A stretch of 64,000 bases of DNA from an uncultured Chitinophaga sp. (GTDB lineage: Bacteria; Bacteroidota; Bacteroidia; NS11-12g; UBA955). The translations under genes were made by a program, and so were the position numbers. The notes beneath the pieces were generated by a model. That model made no database searches and was not told the DNA's origin. It saw only the letters and a program-made list of their open reading frames with translations. The stretch covers positions 12,320 through 76,319 of the forward strand of contig CAZDGF010000003.1 of NCBI GenBank assembly GCA_964505065.1, given 5' to 3'. Position 1 is the first letter of the stretch; the number at the start of each line of letters is the position of its first letter. Shown here piece after piece: positions 37,061-48,247 of this stretch.

Positions 37061-40000
37061 TTATTTAGTAATAACTACACGTTTTGTTACTGTAACTCCA
37101 TCAGCTATAAGCTTAACAGTATATACGCCTGTAGCATTATTACTTAAATCAACAGTATAAGAACCTGCAACATCAGTAAAGTTTTGGTTTAATACCAATT
37201 GACCCATAGCATTGTATACTTCTACATTGGTTTTAGCAGCTAATTTACCGTTCAAATCAATAGTTACAATACCCGAAGTTGGGTTAGGATATACGTTAAC
37301 AGTTTCGTTTAATTTAGTTTCATCTAAACCTACAGTGCTGTTAGTACATTTTGGCCAGTAAGTATATTGTACTAATCTTGTAAACTCATCAGAAGTGTTG
37401 CCACTTGGGTCGGTTACTCTATAAGTAATAGTATATATACCTTCATTGGTTTCATCTACATTTTGTCTGATAATTTCAATTAATGGTTTCAATACTGTAG
37501 GACCATAGTAGTTATCTTGAGTATTTATACCCCACATTGGCCATATTTTTTCGCCAACACAACCTTTAATACTTTCACCCCAAATACTTGGTGCTTTAGT
37601 GTCTCTAACAATTACAGTTCTTGTTTTATTAGTAATATTTCCTGATGCATCAATTGCTTGGAAATCTTCAGAGTAAGAACCAATTGTATTGTCATTAACC
37701 ATACCTGGGTTTAACAATGTTAAACTTACTTGTGTATTGTCGTAATAATTATCAGATACAGTAGCAGGTGTAGATATATATGGTGTTCTTACTTCGTGGT
37801 AAACAATATCAAATGTATTCAAGCTAATTACCGGAGGAATAAAGTCATCAACTCTATAAGCTCTTACAACTGGTGAACTTACATTGTTATAATCATCTTC
37901 TGCAGTATAAGTAGCAGTGTAAGTAGCTCTTACCAATGTATTTAATGCACCATTTGTATTATCCCAAGTTCTGGTTAAAGTTGGTGTATTGTCTAAAGAG
38001 TCTACAGATGTAGTTTGGTCTATCCAAACAGAATTAATTTGAACATTTTCTGTACCATTTTTAATAATTCTTGGAGCTTTAGTATCAGCTACACAAACAG
38101 TTCTTGTTTGAACAGTTTCATTGCCAGCTATATCTTTAACGCTGTAAGTTATAGTATAAGTACCAGGCATTTTTGTATCTACGCTACCACTGGTTATTAC
38201 AGAGGTTTTAAGATTTAAGTATGGATTTGTATTCCAAGCATCATAACCTGGCTCTACATAAGCTGGCGTATTTCTTGTAGCTTCTATACAACCTGGAGCA
38301 GATGGGCTTAATACCAATACCGGAGGGGTTTTATCAAGTACAACAATAATAGTTCTTCTAACAGGTAAAGCATTGTTTCCTGATGCATCTGTTACATTAT
38401 ACTCTACAGTATAAATACCTGCAGTACAGCTATCTAAATCTGAAATAATTTCCATTCTTGGGCTAATATCGCCTTCAGAAGCATCCATAGCTACAGCGCC
38501 ATCATCAGTATAAGGAGCACATTTTTCGATTCTAACAGTATCTGCTCCATTTAAAGTAATAATTGGTGGTAAGTTATCGTTAGCTAATTTTAATGCGTAA
38601 TCTTCGTATTCGCCAGCAGTTATAGGTCCGCATGGTGTAATGGCATTGTTATTATAGTTTGTTACAACACGCATTCTTGCTGTACCTTCAAAAGAGTTGG
38701 CAATACTTGGAACAGCAATGCTTGTTGTCCAAGTTGCAGTATTAGCACTCGATTCAGTTGCGGCTAATTCACCAGCATCATTAAAATCACCATCTACGTT
38801 CCAGTCAATATAAATTGCTCTGTTAGCTGGGTCAACAGTTGTATTTCTGCTTATTTCAAAATCATATGTTTTACCAAAAGTTAATGTTGCTTGTTTATCA
38901 GCAGCGTAGTCTGTGTAAGCTGCATCACCAGAGGTAGTATAATTATTTAATAATTCTGTTGTGCCATCTAATACTCTTACTCTATTGATACCTACGTCTC
39001 CACTCAACAAATAAGAAGATGGGTTACAATAAGCCAAAGCGCAGATATATTTATTTTTTACCACAGTTTTGGTTGTACTTGATGGGTTAACACTATTCCA
39101 AGCTTTTAATGTAATAGTATAACAACCTGAACCAGTAAATTTAATAATTGGTGTAGGGAAACTATCGCCAGGAGTAGCATTGTAAGTAACAAAACCAGAG
39201 CCTACTACAGAAGGGCTTGAAGGAGGATTCATTAATGTATAAGTAGTTGGGAAAATATTCCAAGTAAATCTGTTAGCATTTTCTACCATTGGTGTAAGTA
39301 CGGTTGTATTAACACCTACAGTTGGTCTTCTATTAGAAGCCATAAAATCTACTTTACCTACTGAACCAGCAGTTACTATATCAATAGAATCGCAATATTT
39401 TTTATTGCCAACACATGATTTAACTTCTAAACAAACTTCATAAGTACCGCTATTGTAAAAAGTAGTTTGGAAATCTTTTTTGTTACCATTAAGTACCGGA
39501 GAACCATCTACTGTCCACTCCCAAGTAGGTACACCAGCTATATTTGATGTTGTATTTGTGAATTTTATTGGTGTATAATCGTATCCAGGTGTTGTAGAAG
39601 CAGAAAAGTTTGGTGTTGGAGGAATTGGAGGTCCTAATTCAGAATTGTAAAATCCAGCAAAACCAGAATCTACACCAGCAGCACTTGATTCAAATAAAAT
39701 ATACATACTACCGCTTGTAGCCGTTAATTTTTTAATTGGTGTTGAGGTATTGCTGTAAGTAGCTAATAGCGTTCCAGATGGGCTTTTGCCATCCCATATT
39801 CTTAATTTATCATCTGCATCTTTAAATTTAAGTTGCGTTAATGTTAAATTAATTTTTGTTGCATTACAAGGTGTAATTTGTAAAAATGAGCGTGTTCCAA
39901 AACCTTGGTTATTACCATAGTTTAAATTTGGACCACCATTATCAAAAATAGTACCACTTGAGCTTCCTACAATGTTATCAGCATTTGGACCATAAGTACC

Positions 40001-41257
40001 AAAACCTAAAATATATCTTGTTGGCTGAGTTACTGTAATATAACAAACTTTTCTTTTTGTTTGAGAAGGTCCTACATCATTAGTAGCTATCAGCTCTACA
40101 GTGTAGCATCCTGGTAAATCAAATTCAAATTGTGGATTTTGAGAAAACTCATCTCTACCGTTGCCATTAGGGTCTGATAGAACTGCACCACTCATTAAAT
40201 CTGCAACTGGACCATTGAAAGGATCGTTTAGGTAAGTTACTGAATCGTAAACATTCCATTTCCATTTCCAAGGACCATTAGTAGATAAATCGAAAAAAGA
40301 AAGAATATCATATTGTTCTGCATTTGTTTTATCGGCAATAAAATCGCCAACAGGAATTGCTGTAGGAGCTACAACGCTTAAGCATTGTACTACGCTATCT
40401 CTTCCCAAACAATTTGTGCTTCTTAATTTAACACATTTTGTTCCTGTTGTATTCCAAGTGAAGTTAAAGTCTGGAGTTACAGACCTTTGCTCGTAAGAAC
40501 CATCATTATTTGCATCCCAAGCATGCTCTGTATAACCTTTAGGATTATTATTGATAAATTTAACTACTGTTTTGATAAATGCAGTAGAAGGAGAAACAAA
40601 ACTGGCAGAAAATGAAGTTGGTAATACCAAATTAATGCTAAAATCTGTAGTTGCACCATAATACAATCTGTATGTAGTACATTCAAAACAACCAGCACCA
40701 TTTCCTATAGTTCCACCATATTGGTAATCGTTTACTACTCTTAATCTGGTAGCCGATGGACTAATATTACAAGGTAGATTAAAGCTAAATGCTGTTAAAC
40801 TTCCTGGCGTTCCACCAGAACCAGATGTAGTATTCCATGTACCTAAGTATTCTCCTGCATCATTAAAATCAAAATCTGCATTCAAATCTATATAAGCACC
40901 CCATTTGGCATTGTAACCATAAGTTGTAGATGAGCTACTTTCAATAGTATAGCTATTGCCAGCTGTTAAATCAAACGACCTATTAGTGCCATTGGCTAAA
41001 CGATACTCTGACCCACAAGTACCAGTTGCTCTCCATCCTGGCGCTGGCATATTGAATAATACTGTAGAACCAGCAGATATTCTAATTTGCTCTGGGTTTT
41101 GAATATAAGCAGTTGATGAATAACTATATTGATAGCTATTGTAAGCATTGCACCAGGGAGACTGTGCGGATAGGTTTCCTACACCCATAAGAGAGAGGAA
41201 TAAAACAAATAACGATTTTATCGTTAATGTTTTGAAATTAGTAATTAATTTTTTCAT
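37061..41257 (-). CDS. 1398-aa multidomain T9SS-secreted surface protein (GEVED-like, PKD-like, CUB-like, repeated DUF5011/Ig-like domains, type-A T9SS C-terminal domain)
   Basis: Signal peptide ...GNLSAQ. GEYEDY (GEVED-type) motif. CUB-like segment (GTIFDNGGPNLNYGNN...LRIWDGKSPSGTLL...GFAGFY). At least four repeats of the PPxISLNG...Y.D.GA.A.D..DGD...GTYT.TY...D..GN pattern. C-terminal VNVYPNPTSGIVTIDL...VYTVKLIADGVTVTKRVVITK. Confidence 0.9.
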   Translation of the reverse strand: MKKLITNFKTLTIKSLFVLFLSLMGVGNLSAQSPWCNAYNSYQYSYSSTAYIQNPEQIRISAGSTVLFNMPAPGWRATGTCGSEYRLANGTNRSFDLTAGNSYTIESSSSTTYGYNAKWGAYIDLNADFDFNDAGEYLGTWNTTSGSGGTPGSLTAFSFNLPCNISPSATRLRVVNDYQYGGTIGNGAGCFECTTYRLYYGATTDFSINLVLPTSFSASFVSPSTAFIKTVVKFINNNPKGYTEHAWDANNDGSYEQRSVTPDFNFTWNTTGTKCVKLRSTNCLGRDSVVQCLSVVAPTAIPVGDFIADKTNAEQYDILSFFDLSTNGPWKWKWNVYDSVTYLNDPFNGPVADLMSGAVLSDPNGNGRDEFSQNPQFEFDLPGCYTVELIATNDVGPSQTKRKVCYITVTQPTRYILGFGTYGPNADNIVGSSSGTIFDNGGPNLNYGNNQGFGTRSFLQITPCNATKINLTLTQLKFKDADDKLRIWDGKSPSGTLLATYSNTSTPIKKLTATSGSMYILFESSAAGVDSGFAGFYNSELGPPIPPTPNFSASTTPGYDYTPIKFTNTTSNIAGVPTWEWTVDGSPVLNGNKKDFQTTFYNSGTYEVCLEVKSCVGNKKYCDSIDIVTAGSVGKVDFMASNRRPTVGVNTTVLTPMVENANRFTWNIFPTTYTLMNPPSSPSVVGSGFVTYNATPGDSFPTPIIKFTGSGCYTITLKAWNSVNPSSTTKTVVKNKYICALAYCNPSSYLLSGDVGINRVRVLDGTTELLNNYTTSGDAAYTDYAADKQATLTFGKTYDFEISRNTTVDPANRAIYIDWNVDGDFNDAGELAATESSANTATWTTSIAVPSIANSFEGTARMRVVTNYNNNAITPCGPITAGEYEDYALKLANDNLPPIITLNGADTVRIEKCAPYTDDGAVAMDASEGDISPRMEIISDLDSCTAGIYTVEYNVTDASGNNALPVRRTIIVVLDKTPPVLVLSPSAPGCIEATRNTPAYVEPGYDAWNTNPYLNLKTSVITSGSVDTKMPGTYTITYSVKDIAGNETVQTRTVCVADTKAPRIIKNGTENVQINSVWIDQTTSVDSLDNTPTLTRTWDNTNGALNTLVRATYTATYTAEDDYNNVSSPVVRAYRVDDFIPPVISLNTFDIVYHEVRTPYISTPATVSDNYYDNTQVSLTLLNPGMVNDNTIGSYSEDFQAIDASGNITNKTRTVIVRDTKAPSIWGESIKGCVGEKIWPMWGINTQDNYYGPTVLKPLIEIIRQNVDETNEGIYTITYRVTDPSGNTSDEFTRLVQYTYWPKCTNSTVGLDETKLNETVNVYPNPTSGIVTIDLNGKLAAKTNVEVYNAMGQLVLNQNFTDVAGSYTVDLSNNATGVYTVKLIADGVTVTKRVVITK

Positions 41258-41641
41258 AATATAAACTTTATTTAATATTTAGGGTTCAATTATAGAACTA
41301 AATTTTGATAAAAAAAATATTTGCTTGATTTTTTACCAAAATAATACACAAGTATTGCAAAAAATGACTTAATTTTTACAATTACACTTGAAATAGAGAA
41401 TAAAAGAAGATGAACTACACCATAAATTGATAAGGTGCTTTTTGTTAAAAAAGTTTTAAATGGTTTAACATTTTGACTTTTTTGGTTTGGATTTAAATTG
41501 TGAATATTTTGCATGTTTTTAAAACTATAGTTCAAATTTACAGTTACAAAATAAGTATGCAATACGTTTTAGTTAATATGATAATTACTTGACAATAAAA
41601 CTACACAATTATGACAAAACCCAATAATATGAGCCTATATA

Positions 41642-42916
41642 CTATTGTTTTTGCAATAATAATACTTGTCCTATTTGCAAATTATCTGTATTTAATTTAT
41701 TCCATTTTTTAATATCTGTGGGAGATATTCCATATAATTTAGCAATACCAAACAATGTTTCTCCTCTTTTTACAGTATGGGTTTTATTGGTATTGGTTTT
41801 TACTTGCGGTATTTTTTTTATATTTAGTTTTTGCCCTTCATATACATTGTTGTTTTGCAAATGGTTTATGCTTTTAAGATTATCTATACTCATATTGTAT
41901 TTTAAAGCTATGCTATACAAGGTTTCGCCTACGCTTACAATGTGTATTTGCAAATTGGGTACGTTTGTATTTCTTGTGTAATTTGTATCCAATTGCGGTT
42001 TCAATCTACCAGTATCGGGCATATTTGTAGCTTTTTTTTGCAAATTGAGCATACTGCCTACTTTGGCTTCTGTGCCTTTTTCCATTAAATTTTTGGTATA
42101 AAGTGAGCTTAATTTAATGGCATATTTTTGAGAAATTAGCCACATAGTTTCTCCTTCGTTTACAGTATGCTGGGCTATACTGGCTTTTCGTTTTTTGGGC
42201 TTTAGGTACAATACATCGCCTGGTTTTATTTGGTGGTAAGCCAAATCATTGTATTTTTCTATTTTTTTTTCTGATTTGCCAATTTGTTCAGCAATTTTTT
42301 CTACTGTTTGATTGGGTTGAACTATGGTTGTAGGAATTTTTTTAGGGTTTATAATTTCAATATTTGCTTCTATATAAGTGCCATAAGGATTGTAGCCATT
42401 TATTATCATGGTATCATACTTAGCCAATTTATTGCGCTCTATACAACCAATAAGCAAATCGGTATATTTTTGGTTGGTAGCATAGCCAGCAACCAATAAG
42501 CCTTTTGCCCAGCCTTTGTAATCGCTTATATCTAATAAAAATAATGCTGCGTAGCGTTTGTTTTCTTTTAAAAACTTAGAATGGTCTTTGTAAGATTCTT
42601 CTGCACTGGTGTAGCATCTAAAACATTCTTGAAGCTCGTCATCATCTTCTAAAATACTGCAACCTGTCCAATCTTTTTTACACTTTATGCCAAAATGGTT
42701 GTTTCCTTGCTTTGCCAATCGGCTATTGCCGCTGCCACTTTCCAATAAGCCTTGTGCTAAAGTAATACTTGCAGGAATTTTAAATTCCAACATTTCTCGC
42801 ATGGCAATGTTTCTAAATGTATCTATATACTGCGCTACTGTTGTATTTTGAGCAATAGAAACTTGCCAAATAAATAGATTAAAAAGTATGAATATTAGGT
42901 TTAAAAAACGCTTCAT
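41642..42916 (-). CDS. N-acetylglucosaminidase (GH73) with four LysM domains
   Basis: ITLAQGLLESGSGNSRLAKQGNNHFGIK glucosaminidase motif, plus LysM repeats (for example HTVKRGETLFGIAKLYGISPTDIKKWN). Start set at MKRFLNLIF... (cat 42914-42916). Confidence 0.9.
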   Translation of the reverse strand: MKRFLNLIFILFNLFIWQVSIAQNTTVAQYIDTFRNIAMREMLEFKIPASITLAQGLLESGSGNSRLAKQGNNHFGIKCKKDWTGCSILEDDDELQECFRCYTSAEESYKDHSKFLKENKRYAALFLLDISDYKGWAKGLLVAGYATNQKYTDLLIGCIERNKLAKYDTMIINGYNPYGTYIEANIEIINPKKIPTTIVQPNQTVEKIAEQIGKSEKKIEKYNDLAYHQIKPGDVLYLKPKKRKASIAQHTVNEGETMWLISQKYAIKLSSLYTKNLMEKGTEAKVGSMLNLQKKATNMPDTGRLKPQLDTNYTRNTNVPNLQIHIVSVGETLYSIALKYNMSIDNLKSINHLQNNNVYEGQKLNIKKIPQVKTNTNKTHTVKRGETLFGIAKLYGISPTDIKKWNKLNTDNLQIGQVLLLQKQ

Positions 42917-42971
42917 TTTTAATAAAAAAACGAAGATATAGCACAAATTATTGTATCATCTATTAAATTTA

Positions 42972-43232
42972 TTAACACCCACAAGGCTTATACCTTCTAA
43001 TTTTGCCTTTATTATTTCTTGTTTCTATAATTTCGCCTTTGGCATTGTATAATATCCAATTTTGCAAAACACCATTTTTATAGCGCATAGTTTTTACTAT
43101 TTTATTTAACACAGTGCATTTCCAAACACCATTTTTTAAGCTATCTTTATCGTATTTGCCTTGGCATAGGGTATCGCTTGCAAAAGCGCAATTAAATTGA
43201 ATAAAAAACAGAAAACTAAAAAGCGTTTTCAT
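42972..43232 (-). CDS. small secreted protein, MORN-variant (YwqK-like) repeats, C-terminal CGC
   Basis: Signal peptide MKTLFSFLFFIQFNCAFA. KNGVW...YKNGVLQNW.LYNAKGEI repeat pattern. Confidence 0.5.
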   Translation of the reverse strand: MKTLFSFLFFIQFNCAFASDTLCQGKYDKDSLKNGVWKCTVLNKIVKTMRYKNGVLQNWILYNAKGEIIETRNNKGKIRRYKPCGC

Positions 43233-43245
43233 AAAAATAGAGTTT

Positions 43246-45309
43246 TTAAACTGCTTGGTCGTCTTTAGTAGCTTCTATATTTTGGCTTGAATTTTCAATA
43301 GCTTCAGTAATTGGTTCAGTTAGAACTGTTTCTTCTACTTTAGCTTCTGTTTCCATATAGTTTTCATAATTGGTTTTATGCTCAAAAGGACGTTTGCCAA
43401 TTAATGCCTCTAAATCGTATTGAAATAAAAGTTCTTTTTTTAATAACTCTTGGGCTATTTTCTCCAATTCTGCTTTTTTACTTACCAATAAATTTTTTGT
43501 ACGAATATAGGCACTTTCTATTATTTTACGCACTTCTTCGTCTATCATTTCGCCTGTTTTTTCGCTATAAGGTTTGCTGTATGCAAATTCGCCATTTTGG
43601 TCGTTAAAACTAATATGACCCACTTTATCGTTCATGCCATACAATGTTACCATGGCATAAGCCATTTTTGTTACACGTTCTAAATCATTTTGTGCACCAG
43701 TGCTTATTTTGCCATAGGTAATTTCCTCGGCTGCTCTGCCGCCAAGGGTCATACACATTTCATCAATTAGTTGCTCTGTTCTATAAATGTATTGCTCTTT
43801 GGGTAAATATTGGGCATAGCCTAAAGCTGCAACCCCACGAGGCACAATAGAAACTTTTACCAATGGGTCGGCAAATTGCAAAAACCAACCAGCTACAGCG
43901 TGTCCTGCTTCATGGTATGCCACAATATTTTTTTCTTCGGGCGATATAATTTTATTTTTCTTTTCTAAGCCACCTATTACTCTATCTATAGCCGCTTCAA
44001 AATCTTTCATATCAATGCTTTCCTTATTTTTTCGGGCAGCTATTAAAGCAGCCTCGTTGCATACATTTGCTATTTCTGCACCTGCAAAACCAGGCGTTTG
44101 GGCACTCAATTTTTTAGCATCTATATCTGGTGCTAATTGTTTGCCACCTAAATGTACCTTAAATATTTGCTCTCTACCCACCAAGTCTGGTTTATCTATA
44201 GATATTTGTCTATCAAATCTACCTGGGCGCAATAATGCTGAATCTAAAATATCTGGGCGATTGGTAGCAGCCAAAATAATTACGCCACTATCTGTGCCAA
44301 AGCCATCCATTTCTGTAAGCAATTGGTTCAAGGTATTTTCTCTTTCATCGTTGCTACCGCTCATTAGGTTTTTACCCCTTGCTCTGCCTATGGCATCTAT
44401 CTCATCAATAAAAATAATACAAGGTGCTTTTTCTTTTGCTTGGCGAAATAAATCTCGCACTCTGCTTGCGCCCACACCTACAAACATTTCTACAAAATCT
44501 GAACCTGAAAGCGAAAAGAAAGGCACGTTTGCCTCGCCTGCTACGGCTTTTGCCAATAAGGTTTTACCTGTACCTGGCGAACCTATCAATAAAGCACCTT
44601 TTGGAATTTTTCCGCCCAATTTGGTGTATTTTTTAGGGTTTTTTAGAAAATCTACAATTTCCATTACCTCTACTTTGGCTTCATCGAGCCCAGCCACATC
44701 TTTAAAGGTAATATTTACTTTGGTATTTTTATCAAACAAAGTGGCTTTGCTTCTGCCAATATTAAATATTTGCCCTGGACCACCGCCACCACCAGCTCCA
44801 CCGCCCATTCTGCGCATCATAACATTCCAAATAATTAAGAAAATAACAATCATAATTATCCATGAAATTATTTGGCTTGAGCTTCCATTATCGTAATTAT
44901 CTGTTACATCTACTTTTTCAGCTTGTTTGTGTTCTGCTTTCAACACCTCCATATTTTTATTAAAGGCATCTCTATTCATTTCAAAATAAAAGTACTTAGA
45001 GGTTTCACCCATTATACCTTGCGGTTTAAATAAATTTTTAAATGTATCTCTTTTTAATGCTTCTTCTGTTAGCGATACTTTATAATATCTATCTTCTTTA
45101 ATTTCTATTTTATCTACATCATTGTTCAATATCAAATTTCTAACCTCGTTCCAATTGGTTTCTTTGCCAGCTGGTGGCGATATTACAACGTAGGCTATTG
45201 CCACAAGCAGCAATGCGCCCCATAGCCAATAAATGTTAAATTTAGGTGTATTGTTTTTTCTTTCGCCAAAAGGTTTTTCTTCCTTTTTGTTTTTTTCTTT
45301 TTCGTCCAT
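43246..45309 (-). CDS. ftsH: ATP-dependent zinc metalloprotease FtsH
   Basis: Walker A GSPGTGKT, Walker [12 protein letters not shown] region, HEAGH zinc motif. Start set at the [12 protein letters not shown] (45307-45309) rather than the upstream TTG. Confidence 0.95.
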   Translation of the reverse strand: MDEKEKNKKEEKPFGERKNNTPKFNIYWLWGALLLVAIAYVVISPPAGKETNWNEVRNLILNNDVDKIEIKEDRYYKVSLTEEALKRDTFKNLFKPQGIMGETSKYFYFEMNRDAFNKNMEVLKAEHKQAEKVDVTDNYDNGSSSQIISWIIMIVIFLIIWNVMMRRMGGGAGGGGGPGQIFNIGRSKATLFDKNTKVNITFKDVAGLDEAKVEVMEIVDFLKNPKKYTKLGGKIPKGALLIGSPGTGKTLLAKAVAGEANVPFFSLSGSDFVEMFVGVGASRVRDLFRQAKEKAPCIIFIDEIDAIGRARGKNLMSGSNDERENTLNQLLTEMDGFGTDSGVIILAATNRPDILDSALLRPGRFDRQISIDKPDLVGREQIFKVHLGGKQLAPDIDAKKLSAQTPGFAGAEIANVCNEAALIAARKNKESIDMKDFEAAIDRVIGGLEKKNKIISPEEKNIVAYHEAGHAVAGWFLQFADPLVKVSIVPRGVAALGYAQYLPKEQYIYRTEQLIDEMCMTLGGRAAEEITYGKISTGAQNDLERVTKMAYAMVTLYGMNDKVGHISFNDQNGEFAYSKPYSEKTGEMIDEEVRKIIESAYIRTKNLLVSKKAELEKIAQELLKKELLFQYDLEALIGKRPFEHKTNYENYMETEAKVEETVLTEPITEAIENSSQNIEATKDDQAV

Positions 45310-45360
45310 TGAATGGTGGTTAAATATTGGTGTAAAAAATTTTGTATTTATAGTAAACGA

Positions 45361-45368
45361 CAAATCTA
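45361..45368 (-). promoter_or_regulatory. candidate -7 box (TAGATTTG on the minus strand) for ftsH
   Basis: Exact TAnnTTTG, 51 nt upstream of the ATG. Confidence 0.3.
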
Positions 45369-45415
45369 ATTAAATTGTTCAGTAATTTTAGATGAAATTT
45401 ATCAATATACTCTCT

Positions 45416-45423
45416 TATTTTTG
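45416..45423 (+). promoter_or_regulatory. candidate -7 box (TATTTTTG) for kbl
   Basis: Exact TAnnTTTG, 21 nt upstream of the ATG at 45445. Confidence 0.4.
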
Positions 45424-45444
45424 CAAAAAATATTCCAAACAACT

Positions 45445-46641
45445 ATGTACGGCAAATTACAACAACATTTACAACGAGAAATTACAGACATTCATCAAGC
45501 AGGCTTATACAAAAAAGAACGCATTATTACCTCGCCACAAGGCGCAGACATTAAACTACAAGATGGTAGCGAGGTAATTAATTTTTGTGCAAATAACTAT
45601 TTGGGTTTAAGCAGCCATCCAAGGGTTATAGAGGCTGCCAAAAAGTCATTAGATACACATGGTTTTGGAATGAGTAGCGTACGTTTTATATGCGGAACGC
45701 AGGATATTCACAAAGAATTAGAAGCCAAAATAGCCGAATTTTACGGTACAGAAGATACCATTTTATATGCCGCTGCTTTTGATGCCAATGGCGGTGTATT
45801 CGAGCCGCTATTTGGCGAGCAAGATGCTATTATTTCAGATTCCTTGAATCACGCTTCAATTATAGATGGCGTAAGACTTTGCAAAGCTGCTCGCTATAGA
45901 TACAATAACAACGATATGGCAGATTTGGAGCAACAACTAATAGCTGCCAACAATGCAGGGCATAGGCATAAAATAATCGTAACCGATGGTGTATTTAGTA
46001 TGGATGGCTATGTAGCGCAATTGGATAAAATAAATGCTTTGGCTACCCAATACGATGCTTTGGTTATGGTAGATGAATGCCATGCTGCCGGTTTTATAGG
46101 TAAAACAGGCAAAGGCACACCCGAGCTATGCGGTGTACACGGACAAATAGATATTTTAACAGGCACTTTGGGCAAGGCGCTTGGTGGAGCAATGGGAGGT
46201 TATACAACTGGCAAAAAAGAAATTATAGACTTACTGCGCCAACGCTCTCGCCCTTATTTGTTTTCTAACTCTTTGGCACCTGCCATAGTAGCAGCCAGTT
46301 TAGAGGTATTTAATATTTTAAGTGAAAGCACAGCTTTGAGAGATAAATTGGAATGGAATGTAAAATACTTTAAAGAAGGTGTTAGAAATGCAGGTTTCGA
46401 TTTTAAAGATGGCGATAGTGCCATTGTGCCTATTATGCTTTACGATGCCAAATTAAGCCAAACAATGGCTGATATGCTTTTAGAAGAAGGTATTTATGTG
46501 ATTGGTTTCTTTTACCCCGTTGTAGCAAAAGACCAAGCAAGGATAAGGGTACAACTTTCTGCCGCACACGAGCAACACCATTTGGATAAAGCCATAGCAG
46601 CATTTACCAAGGTGGGTAAGGCTTTGGGGGTTATTAAATAA
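45445..46641 (+). CDS. kbl: glycine C-acetyltransferase (2-amino-3-ketobutyrate CoA ligase)
   Basis: Alpha-oxoamine synthase family with PLP lysine region [10 protein letters not shown]-terminus [32 protein letters not shown] is typical of Kbl. ATG at 45445 preferred over the TTG at 45421. Confidence 0.9.
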   Translation: MYGKLQQHLQREITDIHQAGLYKKERIITSPQGADIKLQDGSEVINFCANNYLGLSSHPRVIEAAKKSLDTHGFGMSSVRFICGTQDIHKELEAKIAEFYGTEDTILYAAAFDANGGVFEPLFGEQDAIISDSLNHASIIDGVRLCKAARYRYNNNDMADLEQQLIAANNAGHRHKIIVTDGVFSMDGYVAQLDKINALATQYDALVMVDECHAAGFIGKTGKGTPELCGVHGQIDILTGTLGKALGGAMGGYTTGKKEIIDLLRQRSRPYLFSNSLAPAIVAASLEVFNILSESTALRDKLEWNVKYFKEGVRNAGFDFKDGDSAIVPIMLYDAKLSQTMADMLLEEGIYVIGFFYPVVAKDQARIRVQLSAAHEQHHLDKAIAAFTKVGKALGVIK

Positions 46642-46723
46642 ATTGAATTTAGAAGATATACCGTAGGCAATTAAATTATTCAAATAGTTGCCAAACAAGG
46701 CGTATTTAATATGCTTATAATAA

Positions 46724-46877
46724 TTAACCCAAATTCAGCAATAGAATTGCTGAATCGAATAACAAATTGTAAATCATGTTTTTACAAAACATAATTGCAA
46801 TTTTTAAATCGGGGTTAATCCCAACTAAATCAAATAGTTCAATTTTTCAAATTTCCTATTGATTAATTTGGGTTTAA
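46724..46877 (-). mobile_element. MITE copy 3 (inverted orientation)
   Basis: The reverse complement differs from copy 1 at about 5 positions, including a 1-nt insertion in the left terminus (TTAAACCCAAATT). Confidence 0.8.
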
Positions 46878-46992
46878 CCTCCCTTTTCTTCAAAAAAAAA
46901 CACAAGCCAAGCAGGGTTGTATGCAGAATTTTGTGCTTCCGAAGTTTCAGAAAAGGGCGTTTTTGTTTTAAATCATTTATAAAAAATACTTT

Positions 46993-48168
46993 ATGTTTGC
47001 CTTCTCAAAAATGAAAGGTAGTAATATTTATAAGCAACCAATATTAAAATTATTTTTTATAGCTTTAACCATTAAATTGCTAATGCCAATTATAGCTTTA
47101 GTACTTGTAAATACTTTGAATGAGCAATCATTTTGGCAAATTAAACCCTTCCCTAATTTTGAATTTACAGATTTATTTAAAATATATTTTCATTCAGATT
47201 CGGGTTGGTATAAAGATATAGCTCAGCATGGTTATAAAGATATACCCGAAAGCATTAGAAACGGCTGGACATTGAGAGGCCAACATTTTGCTTTTTTTCC
47301 ACTTTTGCCCATTGGTATTTTATGGCTTACAAAAGCTACAGGCTTATCGTTTTATATGGCAGCATTTGTTATCAATATTGTCAGTTTATTTTTATTGGTC
47401 AATTATTTTTATCGGTTTTTAATTGTACTTAATATACAAACAAATTCAGCTTTTCGTTTGGTGGTTTTATTTTTAGTATTTCCTTTCTGTTTGCATATTT
47501 ATTTTATATACACCGAAAGTCTGTTTTTTACCTTTCTTGTGGCTTGTTTTTATTATATACATAAAAAAAACTATTGGGCGTTTGGCATAGCTGCCATACT
47601 ATTAACGTTAACTCGCCCCAATGGTATTTTTATGGCTTTGCCCTTGTATTTGTATTTATTAGAACAAAATGGAAAGATAAATTTAACGAATATTTTAAAC
47701 TCTTTAAAACAAGCAAAAACCTATTGCTTATTGGCTATGCCTGTGGCTTTTATAGCTTGGATGTATTACCAATACCTAACCTGTGGCAATTGGTTTGCAT
47801 TTTCTGAAGCACAAAAAGGCTGGGGCAAACAAAGTGGTATGCCCTATAAAGCTTTATTTAAAGAGGGCTATTGGCAATATCAGTTTATGTCGGTTTATGC
47901 AATTGTATTTATTTTTATTGCTGTGTGGGCTTATAAAAAATGGCGCACAAGTTTTAATGTATTGGTATGGCTAAATGTATTGATGCCGCTTATTGCAGGC
48001 TCGGCAATAAGTATAGCAAGATATATCTCTGTGCTATTTCCTTATACATTGCTTTTAGAAAAAACAGTTGAAAAACGCAAGACATACTTTGTAATTATGG
48101 GTGTTTTTATTTTGTGTTCCATTGTATGTTTTTACTTTTGGCTAAAGGGCGATGCTTTAATGTATTGA
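46993..48168 (+). CDS. polytopic membrane glycosyltransferase, GT-C fold (PIG-V/Mannosyl_trans2-like)
   Basis: More than 8 TM segments. The first-loop motif DSGWYKDIAQHGY resembles the D..WY..IA..GY motif of bacterial PIG-V-like mannosyltransferases. Confidence 0.5.
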   Translation: MFAFSKMKGSNIYKQPILKLFFIALTIKLLMPIIALVLVNTLNEQSFWQIKPFPNFEFTDLFKIYFHSDSGWYKDIAQHGYKDIPESIRNGWTLRGQHFAFFPLLPIGILWLTKATGLSFYMAAFVINIVSLFLLVNYFYRFLIVLNIQTNSAFRLVVLFLVFPFCLHIYFIYTESLFFTFLVACFYYIHKKNYWAFGIAAILLTLTRPNGIFMALPLYLYLLEQNGKINLTNILNSLKQAKTYCLLAMPVAFIAWMYYQYLTCGNWFAFSEAQKGWGKQSGMPYKALFKEGYWQYQFMSVYAIVFIFIAVWAYKKWRTSFNVLVWLNVLMPLIAGSAISIARYISVLFPYTLLLEKTVEKRKTYFVIMGVFILCSIVCFYFWLKGDALMY

Positions 48169-48188
48169 GTTTATCTATACTCGGTTAC

Positions 48189-48236
48189 TGAGCTTGTCGA
48201 AGTGCTGCAATAAATAAGTTCATTTCGACAAGCTCA
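48189..48236. repeat. GAGCTTGTCGAA-family palindromic element
   Basis: 13-bp perfect inverted repeat TGAGCTTGTCGAA / TTCGACAAGCTCA with a 22-nt spacer. It lies between convergent gene ends. Confidence 0.7.
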
Positions 48237-48247
48237 ATGTACGTATT

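Noticed and set aside
41290-41562. 90-aa ORF in the AT-rich leader upstream of the 1398-aa adhesin gene
   Set aside because: It has no recognisable motif and a composition typical of random ORFs in ~25% GC DNA. It would sit in the promoter/leader of the adhesin gene. Low confidence, so not reported as a feature.
44015-44896. 293-aa ORF antisense to ftsH (and the 70-aa ORF 44424-44636)
   Set aside because: It is fully nested in the conserved AAA+ domain coding region of ftsH and has a low-complexity Pro/Ser/Ala-rich product. Shadow ORF.
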